64,000 nucleotides of DNA from Psammoneis japonica. Taxonomy: Eukaryota. The notes under the pieces were generated by a model, which was given only the letters and a program-made list of their open reading frames with translations, was not told the origin of the DNA and searched no databases. Both the position numbers and the translations under genes were made by a program. Location: positions 744,001 to 808,000 of the forward strand of contig QPGO01000002.1 in NCBI GenBank assembly GCA_008632985.1. The letters run 5' to 3'. Positions 38,626 to 52,674 of the stretch are shown here, in pieces. How positions within the stretch are numbered: the first letter of the stretch is position 1; the number at the start of each line of letters is the position of its first letter.

Positions 38626-41600
38626 GTGTGAGCAAGAGGTGTGAGACATGTGTGCAAGACATGTGTGAAATGTGTGCAAGGTGTTTGCAACATGTGTGCA
38701 AAATGTTTGAAAGGTGTGTGGGAGGTTTGAGCAAGACACAAGCAAGTTGTTTGTGGGGCCTGTGCAAAATGTGTGTGCAAAGTGTTTTTGCATGTGTGCA
38801 AGGCATGTGCAAGGCATGTGTGAAATGTGTTCAAGGTGTGTGCAAGATGTGTGAAAAGTGTTTGAAAGGTGTGTGGGAGATGTGTGCAACACGTGTGTGT
38901 GTCTCTGTGGTGTTTGTGAGATCTGTGCAAGACGTGTGTGTGACACATTTGCAAGTTGTTTGTGAGATGTGGCAAGATGTGTGTGAGGTGTTTGCAAGAC
39001 ATGTGCAAGGTGTGAGTTGTGCTCAAGATGTGCGTGAGACATTTGCAAGATGTCTGCAAGATGTGTGTGATGCATTTGTGCAGTGTGTTTGCCAGATGTG
39101 TGTGAGATGTGTGCAAGGTGTTTGCAAGATGATGTGTGCCAGAGGATGTGTGAGTGCATGTGAGTTGCACAACAGATGTGTGTGGGTCATTGGGGGGGAT
39201 GTGTTTGAGCCATGTGCAAGGTGTTTGGGAGATGTGTGCACAATGTGTGCCAAACATGTGTGTCGTGTGTTTGCAAGATGCATGCAATGTGCTTGCAAGA
39301 GGTGTGCATGATGTGTGCAAGATGTGTGTGAGGTGTTTGTGGGTCATTTGGGAGATGTGCGCAAGACCTTTGCAGTGTGTTTGCAAGATGTTTGCATGAT
39401 GACATCTGTGACGTGTTTTCAAGATGTGTGCAAAGTGCTTGCAAAATGTCTGCTTGACACATGCAAGATGAGTGTCAAATGTGTGCAAGGTGTTTGCAAG
39501 GTGTGTGCAAATTGTTTGTGAGGTGTGAAGGAGTTTTGAGGTGTGCATGAGCTTGTGAGATGTGGGAAAGTTGGGTCATGATTGGCACAAATCATGTCAG
39601 CCACAACTTGTGCACAGGGCATTTGAAGGATGCACATGAGACCTTTGCAATGTGCTTTCAAGGTGTGTGCATGATGATGTGTGTGTCACGTGTGTGGTGT
39701 GTTTGCAAGATGTGTGCAAGGTGTGCTTTCAAGATGTCTGCATGCAAGATGTGTGTGCAAGATGTGTGTCAAATGTGTGCAAGGTGTTTGCAAGGTGTGC
39801 AGGAGTTTTGAGGTGTGTGTGTGAGCTTGTGAGATGTGGGCAAGTTGTCTGCAAGATGTGTGCCAGATTTTTGTGCAAGAGGTGCATGTGAAATGTGTGT
39901 GAGATGTTGTTTGCAGAGTGTGCGAGATGTGTGTTGGTTGTGTTTTGGAAATGTGTGCACAAGACACATTCAAAAAGTGTGTGTGAGAGATGTGTGCATG
40001 ATGTGTGCAACACAAGTGCAACGTGTTTGTGAGATGTGTGTAAGATGAGGTGCCTGCAAGATGTGTGCAAATTGTGTGCAAGAGTTGTGCACAAGGCGTG
40101 TGTGAGGCCTTTTGCAAGTTCTGCTTGCATCAGTGTGCATGACACATGTGTGAGGTGTGAAAGATGTGTGCAACATGTGTGTGAGGTGTTTGGGAGATGT
40201 GTCGGAGATGTGTGTGAAGTGTGTGTGAGATGTGTGCAAAATGTTTGAAAGGTGTGCGGGGGACATGTGCAAGATGTGTGTGAGGTGTTTGGGAGGTGTT
40301 TGCAAGTTGTGTGCAAGGTGCTGTGTGTGATGTGTTTGCAAGATGTGTGCAAGACATGATGTGTGAGGTGTGCAAGTGTTGTGCGTGATTCATGTGTGAG
40401 GTGTTTGCAAAAAGTGTGCAAGATGCATGTGTGAGGTGTTTGCAAGAGATGTGTGTGCAAGATGTGCATGAGATGTGTGCAAGACATGTCATGGGAGATG
40501 TGTGTGTGTGATGTGGTGAAACATTTGAAAGGTGTGTGAGATGTGCACAAGACATGTCTGAGGTGTTTGTGAGATGTGTGCAAGACATGTGCAAAGCAAG
40601 TGTGGGGTGATTGGGAGATGTGTGTGAGGTGTGAGTGAGTTGTTTGCAAGATGTGTTTAAGACATGTGGGAGATGTGTGTGTGTGTGCGATGTTTGAAAA
40701 ATGTTTGAAAGGTGTGCGAGATGTGCGCAAGACTTGTCTGAGGTGTTTGTGAGATGTGTGCAAGAAGACATGTGTGAAGCAAGTGTGCTGTGCTTGGGAG
40801 ATGTGTGCAAGGCATGAGCAAGTTGTTTCCAAGATGTGTTCAAAGTGCATGTGAGGTGTTTGCAAGACCACATGGGCTCTCCAGGAAATCATTGCATTTG
40901 CAGCCTGGCGTGGATCATGATTGGCACAAATCATGTCAGCCAGCAAGGGGTCAATTGAAAAAAATGCAGCAGGTTTGGTGCTGCAATGACTTCACAGAGA
41001 AGAAGACACTCTTTTTGCATGCACAAAAGATGTGTGCATGATGTGTGCAAGATGTGTGTGAGGTGTTTGCGGGTCATTTGGGAGATGTGTGCAAGACCTT
41101 TGCAGCACTTTTGCAAGATGTTTGCATGATGACATCTGTGACATGTTTTCAAGATGTGTGCAAAGTGCTTGCAAAATGTCTGCTTGGCACATGCAAGATG
41201 TGTGTCAAATGTGTGCAAGGTGTTTGCAAGGTGTGCACAAATTGTTTGGGAGGTTTGCAGGAGTTTTGAGGTGTGTGTGTGAGCTTGTGAGATGTGGGCA
41301 AGTTGTCTGCAAGATGTGTGCCAGATTTTTGTGCAAGAGGTCATGTGTGTGAAATGTGTGTGAGATGTTCACAGAGTGTGCAAGATGTGTGTCAGGGGTG
41401 TTTTGGAAATGTGCGCACAAGACACACTCAAGGTGTTTGTGAGATGTGTGCATGATGTGTGCAACACAAGTGCAGCGTGTTTGTGAGATGTGTGCAAGAT
41501 GAGGTGCTTGCAAGATGTGTGCAAATTGTGTGCAAGAGTTGTGCGCAAGGCATGTGTGAGGCCTTTTACAAGTTCTGCTTGCACAGAGTGCATGACGTGT

Positions 41601-43438
41601 GAAAGATGTGCACAACATGTGTGTGAGGTGTTTGGGAGATGTGTGTGAGATGTGTGTGAAATGTGTGGGAGATGTGTGTGAGGTGTGTGCAACATGTTTG
41701 AAAGGTGTGGAGGACATGTGCAAGATGTGTGTGAGGTGCTTGGGAGGTGTTTGCAAGTTGCGCACAAGGTGCTGCATGTGATGTGTTTGCAAGATGTGTG
41801 CAAAACATGATGTCTGAGGTGTGCAAGCATTGTGCATGAGACATGTGTGAGGTGTTTGCAAAAAGTGTGCAAGATGCATGTGTGAGGTGTTTGCAAGAGG
41901 TGTGTGCAAGATGTGCATGAGATGTGTGCAAGACATGTCACAGGAGATGTGTGTGTGCGATGTGTGAAAAATGTTTGAAAGGTGTGTGAGATGTGCACAA
42001 GACATGTCTGAGGTGTTTGTGAGATGTGCCCAAGACATGTGCAAAGCAAGTGTGGGGTGCATGGGAGATGTGTGTGAGGCATGTGTGAGTTGTTTGCAAG
42101 ATGTGTTCAAAGTGCATGTGAGGTGTTTGCAAGACCACATGGGCTCTCCAGGAAATCGCTGCATTTGCAGCCTGGCATGGGTCATGATTGGCACAAATCA
42201 TGTCAGCCACAACTTGTGCACAGGGCATTTGAAGGATGCACATGAGACCTTTGCAATGTGCTTTCAAGGTGTGTGCATGTTGATGTGTGTGTCACGTGTG
42301 TGGTGTGTTTGCAAGATGTGTGCAAGGTGTGCTTTCAAGATGTCTGCATGCAAGATGTGTGTGCAAGATGTGTGTCACATGTTTGCAAGGTGTGTGCAAA
42401 TTGTTTGTGAGGTGTGCAGGAGTTTTGAGGTGTGTGTGAGCTTGTGAGATGCAGGCAAGATTTCTGCAAGATGTGCACCAGATTTTTGTTCAAGAAGTGT
42501 GTGAGATGTTCGCAGAGTGTGCAAGATGTGTGTTGGGTGTGTTTGGGAAATGTGCGCCCAAGACACATTCAAGGTGTTTGTGAGACGTGTGCATGATGTG
42601 TGCAACACAAGTGCAATGTGTTTGTGAGATGTGTGCAAGATGAGGTGCTTGCAAGATGTGTGCAAATTGTGTGCAAGAGTTGTGCACAAGGCATGTGTGA
42701 GGCCTTTTGCAAGTTCTGCTTGCACAGCGTGCATGACACATGTGTGAGGTGTGAAAGATGTGTGCAACATGTGTGTGAGGTGTTTGGGAGATGTGTGTGA
42801 AATGTGTGTGAGATGTGTGCAAAATGTTTAAAAGGTGTGCGGGGGACATGTGCAAGATGTGTGTGAGGTGTTTGGGAGGTGTTTGCAAGTTGTGTGCAAG
42901 GTTCTGTGTGTGACATGTTTGCAAGATGTGTGCAAGACATGATGTGTGAGGTGTGCAAGCACAGTGCGTGAGACATGTGTGAGGTGTTTGCAAAAAGTGT
43001 GCAAGATGCATGTGTGAGGTGTTTGCAAGAGATGTGTGTGCAAGATGTGCATGAAATGTGTGCAAGACATGTCATGGGAGATGTGTGTGCGTGATGTGGC
43101 ACAACATTTGAAAGATGTGTGAGATGTGCACAAGACATGTCTGAGGTGTTTGTGAGATGTGCACAAGACATGTGCAAAGCAAGTGTGGGGGGCTTGGGAG
43201 ATGTGTGTGAGGCGTGAGTGAGTTGTTTGCAAGATGTGTGCAAGACATGTGGGAGGGGTGTGTGTGTGTGTGCAATGTGTGAAAAATGTTTGAGAGGTGT
43301 GTGAGATGTGCACAAGACATGCCTGAGGTGTTTGCATGCTGTGTGAAGCAAGTGTGCTGTGCTTGGGAGATGTGTGCGAGGCGTGAGTGAGTTGTTTGCA
43401 AGATGTGTTCAAAGTGCATGTGAGGAGTTTGCAAGACC
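38626..43438. repeat. TG-rich satellite block 2 (internally rearranged, with short non-satellite inserts)
   Basis: Same monomer as block 1; 42.2-43.4 kb matches 28.3-29.5 kb. Confidence 0.92.
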
Positions 43439-46400
43439 ACATGGGCTCTCCAGGAAATCATTGCATTTGCAGCCTGGCGTGGGTCATGATGAGCACAAAT
43501 CATGTCAGCCAGCAAGAGGTCAATTGAAAAAAAAAACAGCAGGTTTGGTGCTGCAATGACTTCACAGAGAAGAAGACACTCTTTTTGCATGCACAAAATG
43601 TGGGTCAAAACAAAAAATGTCACTTTCTGGATGAAGCACAGGATCACACCAACAAGCTTCAGAATGAAAAACCTGATCACACATCTTTTTAAATGTGCGG
43701 CACATTTTGAAAAATGCACTCCCGGGCACTCTTTTTCAAGTGCAGAAATTGTGCTTGACTCTTCCTCACAGGAATGTTTTGTGCATGTCTGGGTTTGCAT
43801 TTTGTGAGCTGTCCTTTGGCACACAGAAAAAGTGTGTGTGCACACAGATCCTTGCTTGGACAGAAAGAACCAGCACTCTGGTTGGCTCAATGAATTCCAC
43901 ACAAAATGTCTGGCATTGTTGGGCACAGGAGAGGGGCCAGGAAGCATCAACATTGCCCCTGACAGAGCTGGTCTTGGATCAGCAGCCCAAACACATGGGC
44001 AATCACTGTGGTTTCCCACCCAGTCACAGAAACTTTTCAGAGTGCTTCACACACAACAAGCAGTCTTCTGCAAGCTTGGTGACACAGAGTTTGCAGATGG
44101 AAATGACTTTCATCCAAACCAGAGCCAGAGTGCTCAGGGCAGTCAGCTCTGACAGCCTCAAGCTTGTTGGTGATCTGAAATGCCATGTTGAACAATGTTT
44201 GGCATGACCCAAGTGTGTCATCCCCAAACTCTGCACACATCTTCAAGTCGTGCCACAGCCCAGTGTCTGCTTGGACTCAACAGCATCTCTTGCCCAACCT
44301 GAAAAAGATCATCTGAGTTGCTGGCTTGAGAGTTGAAAGATGTGCAGCAGTTGTCATGATGTCTTTTGTTCATCAATGTCAAAAGATCATTGCAAAACAC
44401 AGGCTGCTGTGGACAGACTCTTGAAGGCAATGCATTCACACTGAATCTTTTGAGGTTGGCAACATTCTGCTGCATGCAAGAAGGTGCCCTGCCAAAGACA
44501 GATGAAACAATGCCAAACCTCCTTCAAATTCTGGGTCTTGATGCTCATGGTTTCAAGCTTGGCAATCTAAAAGACTTTGTTTGGCAAGGCATGGTGCAAC
44601 AGAACACATCATCCCCGAGCTCTGTGCTGGCATCTGCAAGCCCCACCATGTCTGAATGTCTGCTCAGATGCGACAATGCCTTGATCCCAAAGAAGGTCTG
44701 CCAGCTGATTGTCCGCCATTGGCTTGAATTGAGAGATGTGCAGCAGTTGTCATTGTCTTCTTGTTCATGTTGAAAAATTGTTGCAAACCACAAGCCACTC
44801 TGGACAGACCTCATGAAGCAATGCTGTCCAAATCTGTTTGATGTGTTGGCAACATTTTGTGCTGGAGCCATTGTGACTGCCTTGTGAGGCTTCAATTTCA
44901 CAGAGATCTGTCATTTCCACTTCATCCCAAAGGGCTCCCTGAAGAGCTGCTCATGCAAGGTGATTTTCTCCTTTGCACATGGAAGCTGGAGGCCATTTGC
45001 TTCTACATTGATCTTCAGAGAGGAAGCACCCAGATGACATCTGCAACACATTGAGCCAAGCTGGATGAGAGTGGGGAACCTGTTCCCACCTTCGAAGGCA
45101 TCAAGCAACAAAAGACAGAACCCTGCTTCATGGGTTGAGACAGAAACAGAGAATTTGTGTGTGCCAGCTTGAGCAAAGATGATGAAGAGAACGAAAGAAA
45201 AGGTTGCACCACAGAGATCCAGCTGTGTGCTGATGATGCAATCAAACAAGCCAAAGCACACCATTGCAAGTGAGTTGAACAGTTTCAGCAAATTTGATTG
45301 TCCAGTTGTTGTTGAAATGCAAGCAAGCCTGTCTTGCAAGGTGGAAGGCAAGAATGTCCCCAAAACACACATGCTGCTTGTGCTCCCCGGTTGGAACATG
45401 ACTCCTTCTAGAATTGCAACAACAAAGGTGGATTGGCACTGTGCTTTTGCACAGATGTGCAATGCCATTGGAAGGAATTGGCTGATTGACATGCCAACTC
45501 GCCTCTGCTGTTTGATCCTTCAATTCTTGTGACTTTTTCCCCATGTGGCAAGTGCCAGAATCAGATTTGGATTTGGGGTGCAACATGTGTCTGGATGGAG
45601 AATGACGCAAGGGATGTTTGTTCCTTGCATCTTCAGCACGCCACACATTTGGTCTTGGAGAAGACTGTCACATCAACTTCTTGGGTGTTGTTTTACCCAG
45701 GCTCCTCTCAATGTGCCATGAAGTGATGTGCCGCAATGAAGAGGCGCAGCCAGGACATCAATTTAGAAAAAGAGCGCACTGCAACTGTGTGAACAATGGA
45801 GCTTCTTGGACAAGTTGCTTGCTTTGTTGCAACTTTCTGTGAAACTGCTTGGTGCAAGTGAGTGATGAAGGTTCATTCCCACACTAGAATCAAGACACTT
45901 GTGTGAATGTTTCTAGAGTTTTCAATTGTCCAGTCCTTCTCTGCCAGCAGTGAAAAACCTGCTTTGTCTGGACTGCAAGAACCCAACTCAAACTGGTCCT
46001 CGAAACAGGAACCCCACTGGCACAAAACAATGATGCAGCAAAAGACAATGAAGTGCCAAAAGGAAAAGGAAAGTGGAAATGCCAGCCCCAAGCCTTGAAG
46101 ATGAGTGGGAAACCATCTGCCAACAGACACAAGAATGAAGCCAAGAACTGCCATGGAAAAAGAAATGGGAATCATGGAGGACAGCACAGAGGCAAGCAAA
46201 GAGGAAAGAGAAGCAACAGGCAAAACCAGAGGCAAAACTCCTCCACCAAGGCACCATGCTCCCCATCAAAATTGCCAAAAAAAATCCAATCGCTGCTGCA
46301 TCAGAGTCCATGGTTTCATGCCAAATCCTGACGCCCCCCCTGTGGGAAAATGCAGCAATGGCTGTTGGCAAGATGAAAGCCATGGCACACTTCAACCACC

Positions 46401-47348
46401 TGGACAATGTGTCTTGCCATGACCTCTGTGCAAAGCTGCAACCACTGCCCGGCATCTTGGACAAACGACCAGGGCCAGCATCGCAAATGCTCAGGAGACA
46501 GTGAGCCACAGACACTGTGATCTTTGCCCTTTGACTCTTGTCACATTCTTCCACAGGCTTGTGCATGCATGCAAGGACAGCAGCAACTGGCTTGTCTTTG
46601 CACTCTTCTTGAAATGGTGCCTTGTTCAGCAGCTCTGAAACTTGCAGCAGGCATTTCCCAGCTGCGGCAACAAGCTTGTTCCAAACTTTGTCATTAAAAT
46701 CCTTTCACTCTGGCTTCCACACACTGATTTCCTTGTCCCTGATTTCAAGTGGGTGCACTCACAGCCATTGAATCCTTTGCTGTTTTTTTTGCAGGACAGA
46801 CCATTGTCTGTGGATGCCAAGATCACAGCGTGGGCACAGTGCACATTTTTGTTCAGCTGCTTCATCCATGAGAATGGCTTCTCAAGCACCCTTGGTGTGT
46901 CTTTCAGCTTCAAGCTGTGTTCCTGAGCAAAGCCTCTGTTGAGCTGGTCAAAAACAAGGTCCCAGCACAACTTTCTGTCTTTGCTTTTGTTGTGATTGAC
47001 CTCATCCAATGCTCCAGTGATGGCATCAACAAATCCATCAATGGAGTTGCCATGGGTGGACTGATCAACCTCTGATTGTGAGGTGTCAACATTCAGCAAT
47101 CAACAGACTGCCTCAATCAAGTGAAAGGCATCCAGCCAACCCTCACAGTCTCGAACAAATGCAACAATGTGGCCACATGCTTGCAAACTTTGTGCCAAGT
47201 TCATCATGGAGTGCAGCTTGCCAATGCCATGTGTGTCACACACTGTGAGTCCAAGATGAGTGTTCTGGTCCATGAAGAGCACATGTTTTGTCTCCTGTGC
47301 TGGTTGCAGTTGATGCAAAATTCCATGATTTCCAATCATTGCTTCTTT

Positions 47349-49504
47349 GTGTGAGCAAGAGGTGTGAGATGTGTGTGCAAGACATGTGTGAAATGTGTGC
47401 AAGGTGTTTGCAACATGTGTGCAAAATGTTTGAAAGGTGTGTGGGAGGTTTGAGCAAGACACAAGCAAGTTGTTTGTGGGGCCTGTGCAAAATGTGTGTG
47501 CAAAGTGTTTTTGCATGTGTGCAAGGCATGTGCAAGGCATGTGTGAAATGTGTTCAAGGTGTGTGCAAGATGTGTGAAAAGTGTTTGAAAGGTGTGTGGG
47601 AGATGTGTGCAACACGTGTGTGTGTCTCTGTGGTGTTTGTGAGATCTGTGCAAGACGTGTGTGTGTCACATTTGCAAGTTGTTTGTGAGATGTGGCAAGA
47701 TGTGTGTGAGGTGTTTGCAAGACATGTGCATGGTGTGAGTTGTGCTCAAGATGTGCGCGAGACATTTGCAAGATGTCTGCAAGATGTGTGTGATGCATTT
47801 GTGCAGTGTGTTTGCCAGATGTGTGTGAGATGTGTGCAAGGTGTTTGCAAGATGATGTGTGCCAGAAGATGTGTGAGTGCATGTGAGTTGCACAACAGAT
47901 GTGTGTGGGTCATTGGGGGGGATGTGTTTGAGCCATGTGCAAGGTGTTTGGGAGATGTGTGCACAATGTGTGCCAAACATGTGTGTCGTGTGTTTGCAAG
48001 ATGCATGCAATGTGCTTGCAAGAGGTGTGCATGATGTGTGCAAGATGTGTGTGAGGTGTTTGTGGGTCATTTGGGAGATGTGCGCAAGACCTTTGCAGTG
48101 TGTTTGCAAGATGTTTGCATGATGACATCTGTGACGTGTTTTCAAGATGTGTGCAAAGTGCTTGCAAAATGTCTGCTTGACACATGCAAGATGAGTGTCA
48201 AATGTGTGCAAGGTGTTTGCAAGGTGTGTGCAAATTGTTTGTGAGGTGTGAAGGAGTTTTGAGGTGTGCATGAGCTTGTGAGATGTGGGAAAGTTGGGTC
48301 ATGATTGGCACAAATCATGTCAGCCACAACTTGTGCACAGGGCATTTGAAGGATGCACATGAGACCTTTGCAATGTGCTTTCAAGGTGTGTGCATGATGA
48401 TGTGTGTGTCACGTGTGTGGTGTGTTTGCAAGATGTGTGCAAGGTGTGCTTTCAAGATGTTTGCATGCAAGATGTGTGTGCAAGATGTGTGTCAAATGTG
48501 TGCAAGGTGTTTGCAAGGTGTGTGCAAATTGTTTGTGAGGTGTGCAGGAGTTTTGAGGTGTGTGTGTGAGCTTGTGAGATGTGGGCAAGTTGTCTGCAAG
48601 ATGTGTGCCAGATTTTTTGTGCAAGAGGTGCATGTGAAATGTGTGTGAGATGTTGTTTGCAGAGTGTGCGAGATGTGTGTTGGGTGTGTTTTGGAAATGT
48701 GTGCACAAGACACATTCAAAAAGTGTGTGCATGAGATGTGTGCATGATGTGTTCAACACAAGTGCAGTGTGTTTGTGAGATGTGTGCAAGATGAGGTGCC
48801 TGCAAGATGTGTGCAAATTGTGTGCAAGAGTTGTGCACAAGGCGTGTGTGAGGCCTTTTGCAAGTTCTGCTTGCACCAGTGTGCATGACACATGTGTGAG
48901 GTGTGAAAGATGTGTGCAACATGTGTGTGAGGTGTTTGGGAGATGTGTCAGAGATGTGTGTGAAGTGTGTGTGAGATGTGTGCAAAATGTTTGAAAGGTG
49001 TGTGGGGGAAATGTGCAAGATGTGTGTGAGGTGTTTGGGAGGTGTTTGCAAGTTGTGTGCAAGGTGCTGTGTGTGATGTGTGTGCAAGATGTGTGCAAGA
49101 CATGATGTGTGAGGTGTGCAAGCATTGTGCATGATTCATGTGTGAGGCATTTGCAAAAAGTGTGCATGAGGCATGTGTGAGGTGTTTGCAAGAGATGTGT
49201 GTGCAAGATGTGCATGAGATGTGTGCAAGACATGTCACGGGAGACGTGTGTGCGCGATGTGTGAAAAATGTTTGAAAGGTGTGTGAGATGTGAGATGTGC
49301 ACAAGACATGTCTGAGGTGTTTGTGAGATGTGCACAAGACATGTGCAAAGCAAGTGTGGGGTGCATGGGAGATGTGTGTGAGGCATGAGTGAGTTGTTTG
49401 CAAGATGTGTTTAAGACATGTGGGAGATGTGTGTGTGCAATGTGTGAAAAATGTTTGAAAGGTGTGTGAGATGTGCGCAAGACATGTGTGAAGCAAGTGT
49501 GCTG
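47349..49504. repeat. TG-rich satellite block 3
   Basis: Same monomer; the start is near-identical to block 2 at offset 8723. Confidence 0.92.
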
Positions 49505-49719
49505 GGAGTCGCCTCAGAGATGCATTCTTGAATGACTTTGCAAAATTTTGCAATGTCCGCATTGCAACATTGTTGGCCAATTGGACTGCACAAAATTTAG
49601 CCTGTTGCCCATCACACATGTTGGCAATGAATGATTGCTCTCTGCAAACGAATGAGCTCATTTGCACAGCTTTGCAGCTTTCGACAACAAGAAAGTCATT
49701 GCAGTGTTTATCGCCAAAT

Positions 49720-49857
49720 AACTTTCAACAACTTTTTGTTGAAAGTCGTCACTTTCAACACTTTTTGTTGAAAGACGTAACTTTCAACAACTTTTCGTTG
49801 AAACACGCAACTTTCAACACCTTTTTGTTGAAAGACGTAACTTTCAACAACTTCAAC
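49720..49857. repeat. 30-bp tandem array of GTTGAAAG-N6-CTTTCAAC palindromes (left)
   Basis: About 4.5 units read directly. Confidence 0.9.
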
Positions 49858-50900
49858 AGAAAACTTGTGGGCACGAAAATCTGATTTGAAAAGCGACGTC
49901 ATCTAAGACAAGCATGCATGACCGACATGCATCGTTGGGTGCAGTGTTTGCTGCAGCACTTTACTCAGCAAACTGCAGCGAGCACAATGAAGCGAGCAGA
50001 CGGTGTCCACTTTACGGCATGACATCTCAACGATGCTTGCACCGTTTTCCCCATTTCTTTTTTCATTGTTGGGAGCAATTGCACAATGCATCCTTCTGGG
50101 TTGGTCCCATTGTGTGTCATTGAGAATTGTGGATTTCTGTTTTGTTTGAAACCTCAAAGCAATTTCAATTTTTTTTAATGGCGCGCATGAAGTGTGCAGG
50201 TCAGTGCCATTCGATTCTCAGTGGTGCTGTCACCAATGTTCTCACTTCTAAGTCCTTTGTTGATTCTAATGAGACGTGACGTGTTGAGCCGTGTCCACAC
50301 CTTGGTGTGACTGACGGAGTTGCTTGTGACTTGGCACTTTTGTCCAAGGATGAAACCACCTGAGACAGGGCCCTGCAGCATGCTGGGACCCAGACTCGGA
50401 ACGGTGGATGGGATTGCTGGGCTCAGAGGATGGAGCAGCCGATGGTTTGGCACTGGGATGATTCTCACTTAGAGCTGTAGACAGCGCCTGACCACGCACT
50501 GGGTGAGATCGGAGGCAGATCACTGCCAGGTGGGAGCTTTGCTTGGTGCGAAGTGCGTTGGACGGCGGCTCACTTGGAGCCATCGAAGGTGCTCCACTGC
50601 CAGAAGATTTCAAGAAATTGACAATTCTGAAACTGCTGCAGCTGAAAATTCTGAAACTGCCACACTTTACACTCTGAAACTGCCGCCATGAACTTTGAAA
50701 CTGCCACCACAAATTGTCAAAAAACTGCTTCTGCTAAAAACCACCAAACCAGCACTGAACTGCCAAGCCAACTTCACGCCGCTCTTTTAGATTTTGGCAA
50801 GGTGTGCATCGCTCATGCTGTTCTCATCACGATCTTTGACTTTTGTGTTGCCCGACTGCAGTGCAACCCCAAAAACAATGTCTCCACACGTGTCGATGTG

Positions 50901-51068
50901 GTTTTTGTTGAAAGATGTAACTTTCAACAGATTTTTGTTGAAAGATCTAACTTTCAACAGATTTTTTTTGAAAGATGCAACTTTCAACAGATTTTTGTTG
51001 AAAGTTCTAACTTTCAACAACTTTTTTGTTGAAAGATCTAACTTTCAACAACTTTTTGTTGAAAGTCG
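50901..51068. repeat. 30-bp tandem array of GTTGAAAG-N6-CTTTCAAC palindromes (right)
   Basis: About 5.5 units read directly. Confidence 0.9.
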
Positions 51069-51388
51069 GTTGTCCGTTGAGTTGTGACCGTAAACTGAAC
51101 ATGCAACATTTGTTGCTGGACATGTTCACATTAGGAAAGGGCAGCAGCATTGTCTTCAACGGACATGTGTTGCAGCGTGCAAAAATGTCCATTTCACCAG
51201 AGTCGTCAGTGGGAATCAGATGCACCGCGCCTGCATGCACGAGCGCGACGGGAGGGACAGCTTCGACTTTCAACAGAATTGAGGCAACTCCCTGTGCTTG
51301 GGAGATGTGTGTGAGGTGTGAGTGAGTTGTTTGCATGATGTGTTCAAAGTGCATGTGAGGTGTTTGCAAGACCACATGGGCTCTCCAG

Positions 51389-52674
51389 CACCATGCGGGA
51401 AAACGGCTCAAATGCGCACATGTTTGCATTCACAACGGACATGAGCAAACACCACACCAAGTGGCATTTGAGAGGGGTCACCCCCTTGTTTGTCCTGGAA
51501 TTGCCGCGCGATTTGAACAAGGCGATTTGTCAGTGTTTGTTTTTGAATGCAAAAATTGTCCACATTCCCACCTGATCGTGCACAAAAACGAAAACCATCG
51601 GCACCGCGATCAAAGCACAACAATGATGCAATCATTGACATTGCTTAAAAACGCAGCGCTCCACCTCCGCACTGTCATCTGACACTGATCATGCAATGCA
51701 TGGCGAGCATGATGCCAATGAGAGTGCAGAGCCAGCACACTTCTGTTGCATGCTTGTGGCTCACAGTTTTCATCACAGTGAAGCACGGAGAAATTCAGAA
51801 AAAATCATGCAAATCATGAGCCATTTGGCCAAATTCAAGCTAAAAAAGCAGCGACCAACCACTCTCAACAGTCATGACTGAGAGTTCCAGTCTTGGCTTT
51901 TTTGACCGAAAGTTTGAGCAATTGTGTCAAACTTGCATCCCCACTTGCTCAAACTTGGCAAGTTTGAGCAATTGCTCAAACTTGCCGCAAGTTTGAGCAC
52001 ATGCTCAAACTTCGAGATTGCTCAAACTTGCGCAAGTTTGAGCAATTGCTCAAAATGCACAAAAAACAAAAAATCCGTGTTGGCATGACGATGCATGGGG
52101 CTGTGACAACAACATAAAGATGGTCTAATGCCGGCACTTGCTGATGATCTGTTTGATGTGTTTTTGACTTGAAACAACAAATGTCAATGCTGAGGCACAT
52201 GTCAATGCCAAGGCACAGTTTGAAAATGTTTTTGATTGAAACAAAAGACAAAATGTTGTCACACGACACTGTGCATTTTTGTGCGTGAGTTTGCATCACA
52301 TGTCTTTCATTGGAATGTTGGGCTTCTTGAAGGCATTGTTGTGGAGAAAATGTCGTTCGTGTCACCATGGTGCGATGGTTGCAATTTTGTTGTTTGTCGC
52401 CAACGGCTGCAAAACCTCATTTTTCCGTTGGATTTACTTTGCACTGACAGCTGCATGCAGTGCAAGTGGCAAGTGCTCAAATTTGCACAAAGTTTGAGCA
52501 ATTCCTCAAACATTGAGCCCCGTTTTCTCAAACATGACATGTTTGAGCAAAAGGTGGCGTTTCAACAAAGCGTGATTCAAGTTGCACATCACAGTGGCCA
52601 CAACGGTGACACATGTTTTTTCAAAATGTTGTCATGCAAAATTCACACGTTTTGAGCAAAATGCCCACACGGTG
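51389..52674. mobile_element. Non-autonomous CACTA/CMC-like TIR element (~1.29 kb), 3-bp CAG TSD, internal GCTCAAA/TTTGAGC repeats
   Basis: CACCATGCGGG (51389) and CCCACACGGTG (ending 52674), with imperfect inverted similarity over ~48 bp. CAG at 51386-51388 and 52675-52677. The empty site ctctc-cag-gaaatc occurs at 29531, 40877, 43446 and 58586. Confidence 0.85.

Larger units (their letters stand above)
49505..51291. mobile_element. Non-autonomous TIR element (~1.79 kb), 12-bp TIR, 3-bp CTG TSD; PIF/Harbinger-like architecture
   Basis: GGAGTCGCCTCA (49505-49516) and TGAGGCAACTCC (51280-51291), flanked by CTG at 49502-49504 and 51292-51294. The empty site gtgtg-ctg-tgcttgggag is present in other satellite copies (e.g. 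29437-29454). Confidence 0.85.

Noticed and set aside
49720..51068. 30-bp palindromic arrays resembling CRISPR repeats
   Set aside because: There are no unique spacers and no cas genes, the context is eukaryotic, and the arrays lie inside a TIR element.
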